From contig JAXMNT010000001.1 in NCBI GenBank assembly GCA_034670305.1, forward strand, positions 160,001 through 224,000: 64,000 nucleotides of DNA, read 5' to 3'. This stretch comes from Deltaproteobacteria bacterium (lineage in GTDB: Bacteria; Myxococcota_A; Polyangia; Polyangiales; Houyiibacteriaceae). A program made the translations under genes and the position numbers. Under the pieces are notes generated by a model. The model had not been told where the DNA came from, made no database searches, and worked only from the letters and a program-made list of their open reading frames with translations. Positions 55,853-64,000 of this stretch are shown one piece after another (the first letter of the stretch is position 1; each line of letters begins with the position of its first letter).

Positions 55853-57921
55853 TCTTCGAGCTCCATCGAGTCGCGGAACTGGTCGAACTGGTTCTGGAAC
55901 TGGGTGTCGAGCGCCTCCTGCGGAACGGCGGGGGCGCGGGCGGCGCGCGGGACGACCCGGACGAACCGGACGTCCTCTTCGGTCACGAAGTGCTCCCCTT
56001 CGACGTGCGGCTCGGATGCGATGCGCCCGTAGAGCACCGGCATCTGGGTGGAGATGCTGCCGCCCATCGTCTGCACGAGCCCGTACACCACGTCGGTGTC
56101 TTCGGCCGGGTCGAGCCCGAACGCGCGACAGAGATCACGGACTTCGTGGTCGCTCGAACCCCAGAACATCTGGCTGTCGCCGCCGAGCGTCATGCTCGCA
56201 GTTCCGGGGATGGGCGACGAACGCCCCGAGGGGACATCGCCCACGGGGTACACGTTGCCACCGATGTCGACGACGAAGGCGTCGAGCAGGTCGGTGGCCG
56301 ACCCGTTGTGCACGGCGCTCAGGTGGTTGTCGGTCCGCTCGAATCGAACGCCCGTGCCGCCGAGATCGGCGATGCGTTCCTGGCGCATGAAGAGCGTCTC
56401 CCAGAGTCCGCCTTGCATGCCTTCGAGCACCGGTCGGTCGCCGGAATGCACGATGGCCGGCGCGCGCGAGCCGCCGGCTTCGAGCAGCTCCGCAGAGCCG
56501 TGTTCGGGCATGGCCAAGTCGAAGCTGGTGGGACGGGTGAGGAAGAAGCCGACGTAGCGCCGCTCGGGTCCACTGGCGTCGTTCTCCATCAACTCGTGCA
56601 TGGACACCGCCCGATACCTCATCGTCGTGCCCTTGCCGATGTACCCCACCCCGAGCAGCACGAGCAGGCACCCGAGCGCGATGATCGGAGTGCTGACGAG
56701 CGCGAGGATCGGTCGGTTCTTCTTGCCAATGTAGTTGAAGTTGATCGGTCCGACGAAGAACACGTAGAGCAGCAGCACCACGGCGACGAGCCCGAGCGCC
56801 GGCCGGAACGATTCGTTGGGGTCGAGGGCGGGACGCATGGTCGAGAAGTCGCTCTGGTTGTCCATCCACGGTTCGCGGTTCGCTTCCCGCGCGCCGAATC
56901 GGTAGAAGGGCACCGTTTGTCCAGGCAGGTTCGTGCGCGCGCCCAGCACGGTCTCCACCGCGCGGCGGGTGGCCGGGTCGTCGACGAGTGCTTCTTCGGT
57001 CGCGCCGTCGAACGCGGCGACGAAGACCATGCCGAACCCGAGCGGCGCCGAGACGCCGAAGTGTTCGTGCGAGACCAGGCTGTCGGGCGGCACGGTCATC
57101 ATCCGGCCGCGCGCGACCTCGGGGACCAAGGTGTAGGCGTCGCCGTTCACCCATTCGACCGGCCCGAGAATGGCGCCGAGCGTCGGCGCTTGAACGTCCT
57201 CTTCGGTTCGGGGAAAGACGAGCATGGCGCCGCCGGTCCGAACCCAATCCAGCAGCGCGTCGGTCTGCTCGGGGTCGAGCCGTTCGAGCGCGGGGGCAGA
57301 CGCCACCACGAGCTCCACACCGGACCACGCGATCGCTTCGCGCGGTACGAGAGGGTCCCCGGTGTCGGGATCGAAGGAGACGGTGCCCACCGGCAGGTTC
57401 ACCATGCGGCTGCCGCCGTAGGGTTCGTGCTGTTCGTCCTGCAGGTCGAGGATTGCGCCGCGAAGTCGGGGCGGATCGGAGAGCACGACGATGCCTCGCG
57501 CGGAGGCGTTGTACCCGACGCCGACTTGGCCTGCGCCGAGTTCGGTGCCGCCGTCGACGAACTGGACCGCGACGTCGCCGCCGTCCCGCACGTGCATGGC
57601 GAGTTGTACCCGGCGGGTGGCGCGCGGCGGCAGGTCCACCGGAATGCGATGTTCTGGACCGCGGTTGCGCCAGTCCCGGATCTTCGCGTGCACCACGCCG
57701 CTGAGCTCCCGCTCGGTGCGGTTCTCCAGGGTGATGAGCATGGGGGCCCATCCTTGAGGCGGGGTCACGTCGTCGCCGAAGAGTCCGCTCACGGTGACGT
57801 TCACCGGTCCGCGGCGTTGGCCCGGCGGCTGCGCGTCGGCTGGGCTGGCGGCGACCGCCGCGGCGATCGCGAGGAACGCGACCAGGATGCTGGACGCGGT
57901 CCGCAAGAGGGCAGGTCTCAT
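55849..57921 (-). CDS. Secreted/membrane hypothetical protein of the MoxR operon
   Basis: Signal peptide, ALLDWVRTGG GATase-like segment, two central TM helices (YVFFVGPINF). Confidence 0.8.
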   Translation of the reverse strand: MRPALLRTASSILVAFLAIAAAVAASPADAQPPGQRRGPVNVTVSGLFGDDVTPPQGWAPMLITLENRTERELSGVVHAKIRDWRNRGPEHRIPVDLPPRATRRVQLAMHVRDGGDVAVQFVDGGTELGAGQVGVGYNASARGIVVLSDPPRLRGAILDLQDEQHEPYGGSRMVNLPVGTVSFDPDTGDPLVPREAIAWSGVELVVASAPALERLDPEQTDALLDWVRTGGAMLVFPRTEEDVQAPTLGAILGPVEWVNGDAYTLVPEVARGRMMTVPPDSLVSHEHFGVSAPLGFGMVFVAAFDGATEEALVDDPATRRAVETVLGARTNLPGQTVPFYRFGAREANREPWMDNQSDFSTMRPALDPNESFRPALGLVAVVLLLYVFFVGPINFNYIGKKNRPILALVSTPIIALGCLLVLLGVGYIGKGTTMRYRAVSMHELMENDASGPERRYVGFFLTRPTSFDLAMPEHGSAELLEAGGSRAPAIVHSGDRPVLEGMQGGLWETLFMRQERIADLGGTGVRFERTDNHLSAVHNGSATDLLDAFVVDIGGNVYPVGDVPSGRSSPIPGTASMTLGGDSQMFWGSSDHEVRDLCRAFGLDPAEDTDVVYGLVQTMGGSISTQMPVLYGRIASEPHVEGEHFVTEEDVRFVRVVPRAARAPAVPQEALDTQFQNQFDQFRDSMELEE

Positions 57922-57925
57922 CGGT

Positions 57926-58948
57926 TCAGCTCGCAATCGCTCGGGCTCCGTCGGAGACCTTGGGCACCTCTTCGAGGAGCCGATCCAAAATGGCGTCGGT
58001 GGAGATGCCATCCGCCTCCGCCTCGAAGTTCGGAATGAGTCGGTGTCGCAGGGCGGGGTGAGCCACCCGATGCACGTCGTCGAACGAGACGTGGGAACGT
58101 CCAGCCACGAGCGCGGCGACCTTCGCGCTGAGGAGGATCGCCTGTGCACCCCGCACCCCGGCGCCGTAGCGGAGCAGTTCCCGGGCGGCGGGCGCGGGCG
58201 CCTCGGTCGTCGGATCGCTCGCTCGAACGAAGCGGGCGACGTAGCGTGTGATCGGTTCGGCGACTTTCACTTCGCGCACCAGCCCTCGCATCTCAAGGAT
58301 GCGCGGACCGTCCACCACCTTCGGGACCTCTGGGGTCTCGGTGCCGGTGGTCCGATCGAGAATGCCCACGAGGGTGTCTTCGTCGGGCGAGTGGACGAAC
58401 ACCTTGAAGAGGAACCGGTCGAGCTGAGCTTCCGGGAGTGGGTACGTGCCTTCCATCTCGATCGGGTTCTCGGTCGCGAGCACGACGAAGGGTTGGTCGA
58501 GTGCGTGGCGTTCGCCAGCGATGGTGCACGACCCTTCCGCCATGGCTTCGAGCAACGCGCTCTGGGTCTTCGGGGTGGCGCGGTTGATCTCGTCGGCAAG
58601 CACGAGCTGTCCGAAGATGGGCCCTTTCTGGAGCTCGAAGCGCTTCCGACCTTCGTCTTCGACGATCATGTTCGTTCCGACGATGTCCGCGGGCATCAGG
58701 TCGGGCGTGAACTGGATGCGGGAGAACTCGAGTTGCATCGCCCGCGCCAGCGTGCGCACGAGCAGGGTCTTGCCGAGACCGGGCGCGCCTTCGAGCAGCG
58801 CGTGCCCTCCGGCGAAGAGGCAGATCAGCACCTCTTCGACGACGCTCTCCTGTCCCACCACGACCTGGCCGACGGCCTCTCGCAGGGCTTGGGCGGTCTT
58901 CTGAAATTCTGCGATCCGCGACTGCGCGTCGCTTGTTCCGTCCGTCAT
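57926..58948 (-). CDS. moxR: MoxR-family AAA+ ATPase
   Basis: EGAPGLGKT, RIQFTPDLMPAD, LADEINRATPKTQSALLEAM, EGTYPLPEAQLDRF. Confidence 0.95.
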   Translation of the reverse strand: MTDGTSDAQSRIAEFQKTAQALREAVGQVVVGQESVVEEVLICLFAGGHALLEGAPGLGKTLLVRTLARAMQLEFSRIQFTPDLMPADIVGTNMIVEDEGRKRFELQKGPIFGQLVLADEINRATPKTQSALLEAMAEGSCTIAGERHALDQPFVVLATENPIEMEGTYPLPEAQLDRFLFKVFVHSPDEDTLVGILDRTTGTETPEVPKVVDGPRILEMRGLVREVKVAEPITRYVARFVRASDPTTEAPAPAARELLRYGAGVRGAQAILLSAKVAALVAGRSHVSFDDVHRVAHPALRHRLIPNFEAEADGISTDAILDRLLEEVPKVSDGARAIAS

Positions 58949-59075
58949 TCGATTCCTGCAGTCGTGGGGGGCGTTGGGGTCATGCTCGACGTGTCTTCGC
59001 GGCGCGAGGTCGCCAAGGAGCACAACGGGTGCGCGTCCGGGTCGGCGCGAGTGTACGTGGAGGGAGGGGGCGTCG

Positions 59076-60863
59076 TCAGCGACCTTCGCCGAAGAACGTC
59101 CGTACGTGTTCGCGGTAATCCTCGGGAATGGGCGCGCGCTCGATGCCGCCAGCTTCTCCGCTCACGGCTTCACCGGTCGCACCACCGGTTCCTTCGGCGC
59201 GCCCCGCGACGGGGGTGCCGTCGGGGTTGACCCACTCGGTCCAACTGCGCCCAGGGGCACCGGGGCCGATCATGGGGCGGACCCGGGCGAGTGGACCTTC
59301 GGGGGCGCCGTTGTGCTCGCGGGTTTGACCGCCGCGTTCGCCAGGCCCGCCGCCTTGGCCACCGGTGCCGCCCGCGCCCGCTCCGCCGCCGTTTCCGTTC
59401 CCGTTCCCGTTCCCGTTCCCGTTCCCGTTCCCGTTTCCGTTTCCGTTCCCGTTTCCGTTTCCGTTCCCGTTTCCGTTCCCGTTTCCGTTTCCGTTCCCGT
59501 TTCCGTTTCCGTTTCCGTTCCCGTTTCCGTTTCCGTTTCCGTTGCCCTGACCGGGCATCGGCATGCCGCCTTGGCCGGCTCCGCCAGTCTGCGCTTGCAG
59601 GTCGTCGAGGTGTTCGAGTGCTTCGCGGAGCATGCGTTCGTATTCGTCGGCGCTGATCGGTTGTCCGCCGCCCGCTTCGGCATTCTGTTGCGCGGCGTCG
59701 TTTTCCGCGGCTTGGGCGTTTCGGAGCGCCTCGGCGAGTCGCTCGCGTTCTTCCGCACTCAAGCGGCTCCAGGCGTCGCGCATCGCGTCGACCATCTCCT
59801 GGGTGAGCTCGCTGCCATCGCCGTCCCGTTCGAGCCGTTCGAGCTGGCGGCGCACTCCGTCGCCCTGCATCTCCGGCATCGCCTCCGAGAGTTCGCGCGC
59901 GAGCTCTGCTTGCTGGCTGCGTCGGTCGAGCAACCGCTCTCGGTTCAAGAGCGATTCCGCCAGCGCTTCGTCGCCTTCTTCGCGTGCGGCTTCGGCGGCT
60001 TGTTGAAGGGCCTGTCGCGCGGCGTCCCGGTCCGCCTGTTCGCGTTGCGCGGCGGCACGCTCCACGGCCCGATCGAGCGACTCGAGATCCCGCTCTGCGA
60101 GTGCACGCGCCATCTCGGGCTGCGACTCGAGTGCGTCCACAGCGGCGTCGCGGGCGCGCCGCTCTTCTGGGGTCACCGGGCGCCGGGTCTCCTCGACCCG
60201 CTCGCGCAGCGCGTCGAGGGCATCGAGCGCTTCCCGCTGCTCGAGTCCTTCCGCCAGTTGGTGCCGCAGCTCGGCCGCTTCCCGCGCCAACTCCTCGAGT
60301 TCGCGCTCGTGTTCCTCATCCCGAGCGAAGTCCTGCAGACGTTCGATGCGGCGAAGTGCATCGGCGTCGTCGATCTGGACTTCGGTCGGCGCGGGTCCGG
60401 TCGTCTCGGGGGGCGGCACCGGCACGAAGAGCGCAGCCACGAAGAACGTCCCGGCGAAGGGCACGCTCCAGAGGTGGTTGCCGAAGACCCGTGGTCGGAC
60501 GTCCTTGGCCTTGGCCGCCGACAGCTTGGACTCGGCCGCTGCGACCGCCATGGCGCCGAACTCGTCGGGCTGTGCGCCGAGGCCCCATGCGGTCACGATG
60601 CTGGCACCGGCATCGAGTTGTTCGTCGACGTAGAGGACCAGGTCGGACTCGCTGGGCAACTTTCGGATCGCCCAGATCAATCCGGCGATCGGTCCAAGCG
60701 CGAGCAGGGCGAGACCAGGCCAGCGAGGCCACGTGGGCAGGCCGAGCGCCACCACGAGCAGCAACGCCCCGAGCACCACGGCGACCGTCACGCTCACGGA
60801 CACGACGCGCCGAGCCAAGAGGGCCCTGCGAATGGTGGCGATCAGTGGGTGAAGTCGGTTCAT
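59076..60863 (-). CDS. Membrane-anchored coiled-coil protein with (GN)26 tract
   Basis: Three N-terminal TM segments, long E/R/A coiled coil, C-terminal IPEDYREHVRTFF. Confidence 0.82.
   Translation of the reverse strand: MNRLHPLIATIRRALLARRVVSVSVTVAVVLGALLLVVALGLPTWPRWPGLALLALGPIAGLIWAIRKLPSESDLVLYVDEQLDAGASIVTAWGLGAQPDEFGAMAVAAAESKLSAAKAKDVRPRVFGNHLWSVPFAGTFFVAALFVPVPPPETTGPAPTEVQIDDADALRRIERLQDFARDEEHERELEELAREAAELRHQLAEGLEQREALDALDALRERVEETRRPVTPEERRARDAAVDALESQPEMARALAERDLESLDRAVERAAAQREQADRDAARQALQQAAEAAREEGDEALAESLLNRERLLDRRSQQAELARELSEAMPEMQGDGVRRQLERLERDGDGSELTQEMVDAMRDAWSRLSAEERERLAEALRNAQAAENDAAQQNAEAGGGQPISADEYERMLREALEHLDDLQAQTGGAGQGGMPMPGQGNGNGNGNGNGNGNGNGNGNGNGNGNGNGNGNGNGNGNGNGNGNGNGNGNGNGGGAGAGGTGGQGGGPGERGGQTREHNGAPEGPLARVRPMIGPGAPGRSWTEWVNPDGTPVAGRAEGTGGATGEAVSGEAGGIERAPIPEDYREHVRTFFGEGR
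59391..59546. repeat. 26 x GTTYCC hexamer encoding Gly-Asn on the minus strand
   Basis: gtttcc/gttccc units, 156 bp. Confidence 0.95.
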
Positions 60864-60994
60864 GAGAAAGTAGACACGCGGCGAAGCGTGCAGCTTGGCC
60901 TGGTTCAGGGAACGGACGGGGGGAAGCATACCTTCCCTCAGCGCTCGAACGAACGCTGGAGTCCGTGCCGGCTTTGCACGGTTCTCACGGATCG

Positions 60995-61933
60995 TCAGCG
61001 CAGCCCGTCGGGCAGTGGGTCGACCGACGCCCCGCGGTCCTGCAACGCGTCGATGAGCACCCGCAGTCCGCGCGTGACCGGGACATCGGCCCGGCGGACG
61101 AGCGCGATGTGATCTCGGTAGCGGGGCAGCCCCTCGAGCACTTGGAGGCGCTTCTTCGGCACCCCGTGGGTGGCGACTCGGTAGGGGAGGATCCCGACGC
61201 CGGTCGCGTCCAGCACCAGGCTCTTCACGAGCGCCATGCTCTCGCACTCCAGCGTTCGCACGCGGTGGTCGAGCTGCGCAAGGAGCTCTTGGCTCTGCCG
61301 CAGTGCGGGGACCATGAGCACCAGCGTGCGCTTGAGCGTGCGCACGGAGTACGCCTCCGAGAAGGGTCCGCGTCCGAGCAGTTTGCCGACGGCCACGAAC
61401 GCCACCGCGTCGTCGAAGAGCGGGCGCACGATCGTGTCGGGGTGGTTCGACGGGTTCACGACCAGCCCGACGTCCACGCGACGTTCGACAATGGCGTCTT
61501 CGACCTCGCGGGAGTTCGCGTTGAAGAGCGAGAGCTGGATGGCGGGGAAGCGCTCGAGGAAGCGCGCCATGAACCCGGGCAAGAAATAGGTGCCGAGGCT
61601 CTCGTGGCAGCCGATGCGAAACGAGCCGCGCGGTTCGTTCGCGAGCGCGCCGATCTCGTCGTGCGCCGCCCGAAGCGCCGCCCGCGCTTCCCGTGCGCGT
61701 GCGACGAGCAACTCGCCCGCGCGGGTCGGACGCACCCCACGCGCGGTGCGGTGCAGCAGCTGGGCGGACAGCTTCTCTTCCAGCTTGCGCATCGCGACGC
61801 TCAGGGTGGGCTGGGTCAGCCCCATCGCTTTGGCCGCGGCGCTGAGGCTGCCGTGTTCCACGACCTCGAGCAGCTGCCGAATCGCCGGGTCGAGCAGGTC
61901 GTCGTGAGGTTCGGCCGGCTTCTTCATCGCCAC
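60995..61933 (-). CDS. LysR-family transcriptional regulator
   Basis: GSLSAAAKAMGLTQPTLSVAMRKLE, LLHRTARGVRPTRAG, substrate-binding domain. Confidence 0.93.
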   Translation of the reverse strand: MAMKKPAEPHDDLLDPAIRQLLEVVEHGSLSAAAKAMGLTQPTLSVAMRKLEEKLSAQLLHRTARGVRPTRAGELLVARAREARAALRAAHDEIGALANEPRGSFRIGCHESLGTYFLPGFMARFLERFPAIQLSLFNANSREVEDAIVERRVDVGLVVNPSNHPDTIVRPLFDDAVAFVAVGKLLGRGPFSEAYSVRTLKRTLVLMVPALRQSQELLAQLDHRVRTLECESMALVKSLVLDATGVGILPYRVATHGVPKKRLQVLEGLPRYRDHIALVRRADVPVTRGLRVLIDALQDRGASVDPLPDGLR

Positions 61934-61951
61934 TTCAAGCGCTGTGCGTGC

Positions 61952-62575
61952 TCATCGGTGGGGCGGGGTGGCGAGCCGTGCGCCGGTCTCGGCGTTGCCC
62001 GTGCCTGCGAACTCGACCTGCCCAGTGGTGGGTCGGTCGTGGCCCGCCGGCCAGGGCAAGAGGGTCCGGGTGGCGAGCAGCGGTCCGGCGGTCGGCTCTC
62101 CTTCGCGCGCGGGCCAGGGCAGCAGCGCCGCGGTGCGCCGCGTCAACGGGTGCCCTTGCCAGTTGCGGAGGGTGCTGCGCTCTTCGTAGTGCGCGATCAC
62201 GGTCGCGAGGCGCTCGGCAAGCCACGCGGCATCTGCGGCGCCTTCGGTCGGCGGCGTCAGCCGAAGCTCCCAGCGTTCGAGGTTCACGGCCATGAACACC
62301 ACCGCCGCCGTGCCCGTGACCCGAACGGCGAGCCACATGTTGGCCGGCTGTCCGAGCGGCACGACGGCCCGCGAGGTCTGCGTCGCCAGCAAGGTGCGGA
62401 CTTCGGTGGCGCTCAAGGGCCCGTCCGATTCGACCGCGACCGCGATCGCGATGGAAGGCGCGGCTTCGGCTGTGGGGACGGGTTGCGCCGACGCGAGCCC
62501 TGAGAGCCCGCACACGGCGAGGACCGCGACCGCAGCGCACATCACGGATTCGCAGCTGCGTTCGAGGCCAGGCAT
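61952..62575 (-). CDS. Hypothetical secreted protein
   Basis: Signal-like AVAVLAVCGLSGLASAQ; repeated LLPWPA; start uncertain (62542 or 62575). Confidence 0.55.
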   Translation of the reverse strand: MPGLERSCESVMCAAVAVLAVCGLSGLASAQPVPTAEAAPSIAIAVAVESDGPLSATEVRTLLATQTSRAVVPLGQPANMWLAVRVTGTAAVVFMAVNLERWELRLTPPTEGAADAAWLAERLATVIAHYEERSTLRNWQGHPLTRRTAALLPWPAREGEPTAGPLLATRTLLPWPAGHDRPTTGQVEFAGTGNAETGARLATPPHR

Positions 62576-62622
62576 GGCGCGAGGGTCGCCGAGTGCCGTA
62601 CGGGGGTCAATCGCGGACCCGG

Positions 62623-62924
62623 ACGGAAGCGGAACCGGAAGCGGAAGCGGAAGCGGAAGCGGAAGCGGACGCGGAAGCGGGAGCGGGAGCGGAAGCGGAA
62701 GCGGAAGCCGAAGCGGAAGCGGAAGCGGGAGCGGTAGCCGAAGCGGAAGCGGAAGCGGAAGCGGGAGCGGTAGCCGAAGCGGAAGCGGAAGCGGAAGCCG
62801 AAGCCGACGCGGAAGCCGAAGCCGAAGCCGATGCCGAATCCGAAGCCGAAGCCGACGCCGAAGCCGACGCCGAAGCCGACGCCGATGCCGAAGCCGATGC
62901 CGATGCCGAAGCCGAATCCGCCGA
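62623..62924. repeat. Intergenic hexamer array, (CGGAAG)n grading to (CCGAAG/CCGAYG)n
   Basis: About 300 bp of 6-nt periodicity between two co-oriented genes. Confidence 0.9.
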
Positions 62925-62925
62925 C

Positions 62926-64000
62926 TTAGTTCGCCCTGGGCTCGAGGGAGAGGAGCCACTGGACGAGGCGGGCGTCGGCGGACTGGGCGCCGCTGCGATC
63001 GAGGACGACGTCGACGTCGCGGAACATCCAGGCAGCGGCCAACTTCAAACCGTGCGCGGGTGGGTCGGGGGCGGCGGCCGCCGCGGGATCGAGCTGAACG
63101 AGCACGCGGCTCGGCGTGGGCGACGAGGTGTCGAGCGCGCGTGCGTAGGGGCTCCAGCCGGAGGGCTCCGCGCCATACTCTTCCCGCCAGCCGAGTCCGT
63201 CGCCGAGCAAGGGGCCGCGCGACAGATCGGCGACGGGGTCCCGGAGCACCACGGCGTGTCCACGCGAACCAGCGAGCGCAGCCAAGACGCCGCCATGGGA
63301 CCAACCGAAGAAGACGAGCGCGCTTCGGGGCGCCACGGCTTCGGCGATCCGGCGAAGTCGCTCTGCGCTGCGCAGTTTGCCCGCGGCCGTGCCTTCGAGG
63401 TGCCACTCGCTGCGACGCGGCGCACCGCCCGGCACATCCGCGAACACCCACCGGCCGCCTGCGGCAAGCCACGCCGCGACTTCGGGTCGGTACCGTGCCC
63501 GCGCCGTGCGTCCGAACGCGCCCATCGCTTCGACGACGGTCGCGCGTTCGTGGCCGCCGCCATCGGCGACGTATGCATGTTCGCCGGCGGCTTCGAACCG
63601 CACCCCGGGGACGCGCGGTCCATCTTCGAACATCACCCGCGTGGTGCCGCTCGCGGAGAGGCGGAGCAGCCTCGGCGGCGTGCTCGGATTGCTCCAGAGG
63701 ACCCACGCGCCCATCGCGTCTCCCGCCAGTGCGTCCACCACACCAGGCTCCATGCGGACTGGATGGAGTGCGCCCGAGTCGAGCGTGCGCATCGTCGAGA
63801 TGGGTCCTTCGTCGTACGCGAGCAGGATCGCGTCGCCAAGCCTGCACGCGCGGCTGGGATGACCCACTTCGGCGTTCTGCCACGCGTCGGCCAGATGGGC
63901 GCGGGCGACCGACGCGGTGCGCGCGACGCCGCCGTCGATGATGGTGACGCGCCGTTCCTGCGCGACCACGAGCGCGTCGCTGCTGACGGTCGCGACCAAC
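62926..64000 (-). CDS. Partial protein with alpha/beta-hydrolase-like (S9 peptidase-like) C-terminus; 5' end outside the window
   Basis: FGWSHGG nucleophile elbow, PVADL, WREEYG, WSPY. Confidence 0.6.
   Translation of the reverse strand, partial: LVATVSSDALVVAQERRVTIIDGGVARTASVARAHLADAWQNAEVGHPSRACRLGDAILLAYDEGPISTMRTLDSGALHPVRMEPGVVDALAGDAMGAWVLWSNPSTPPRLLRLSASGTTRVMFEDGPRVPGVRFEAAGEHAYVADGGGHERATVVEAMGAFGRTARARYRPEVAAWLAAGGRWVFADVPGGAPRRSEWHLEGTAAGKLRSAERLRRIAEAVAPRSALVFFGWSHGGVLAALAGSRGHAVVLRDPVADLSRGPLLGDGLGWREEYGAEPSGWSPYARALDTSSPTPSRVLVQLDPAAAAAPDPPAHGLKLAAAWMFRDVDVVLDRSGAQSADARLVQWLLSLEPRAN

Noticed and set aside
61952-63883. 643-aa ORF running through the 62623-62924 repeat
   Set aside because: Its upstream part overlaps the hydrolase-like gene in another frame; only the last ~200 codons look protein-like

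Overview
GC-rich bacterial chromosome segment. The gene content (three Ser/Thr kinases, TPR/PEGA proteins, many lipoproteins with Asp-Ala-Gly/Pro linkers) suggests Myxococcota; this is an inference. About 44 CDS are supported: rnc, a two-component pair, an RlmD/TrmA-type methyltransferase, kptA, a radical SAM/SPASM enzyme, rsgA, a RAYT-type HUH transposase inside ~190-bp inverted repeats, a REC-Hpt-REC-degenerate GGDEF regulator, a ~1770-aa kinase-TPR protein, an ECF sigma/cupin anti-sigma pair divergent from a DUF4331-TPR cluster, a penicillin-acylase-family lipoprotein, phoH, and a MoxR-DUF58-VWA-ABC operon. The most striking signal is a repeated intergenic cassette: hexamer microsatellite, then a ~240-nt GTAG-initiated structured leader with compensatory base changes between copies, then a four-helix-bundle (23S-IVP/Avd-like) gene. 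It occurs as two full copies, one ORF-truncated copy and one partial copy within 12 kb. No rRNA, tRNA or CRISPR array was found. Start codons were chosen by eye, and product calls rest on recognised motifs, not database searches.
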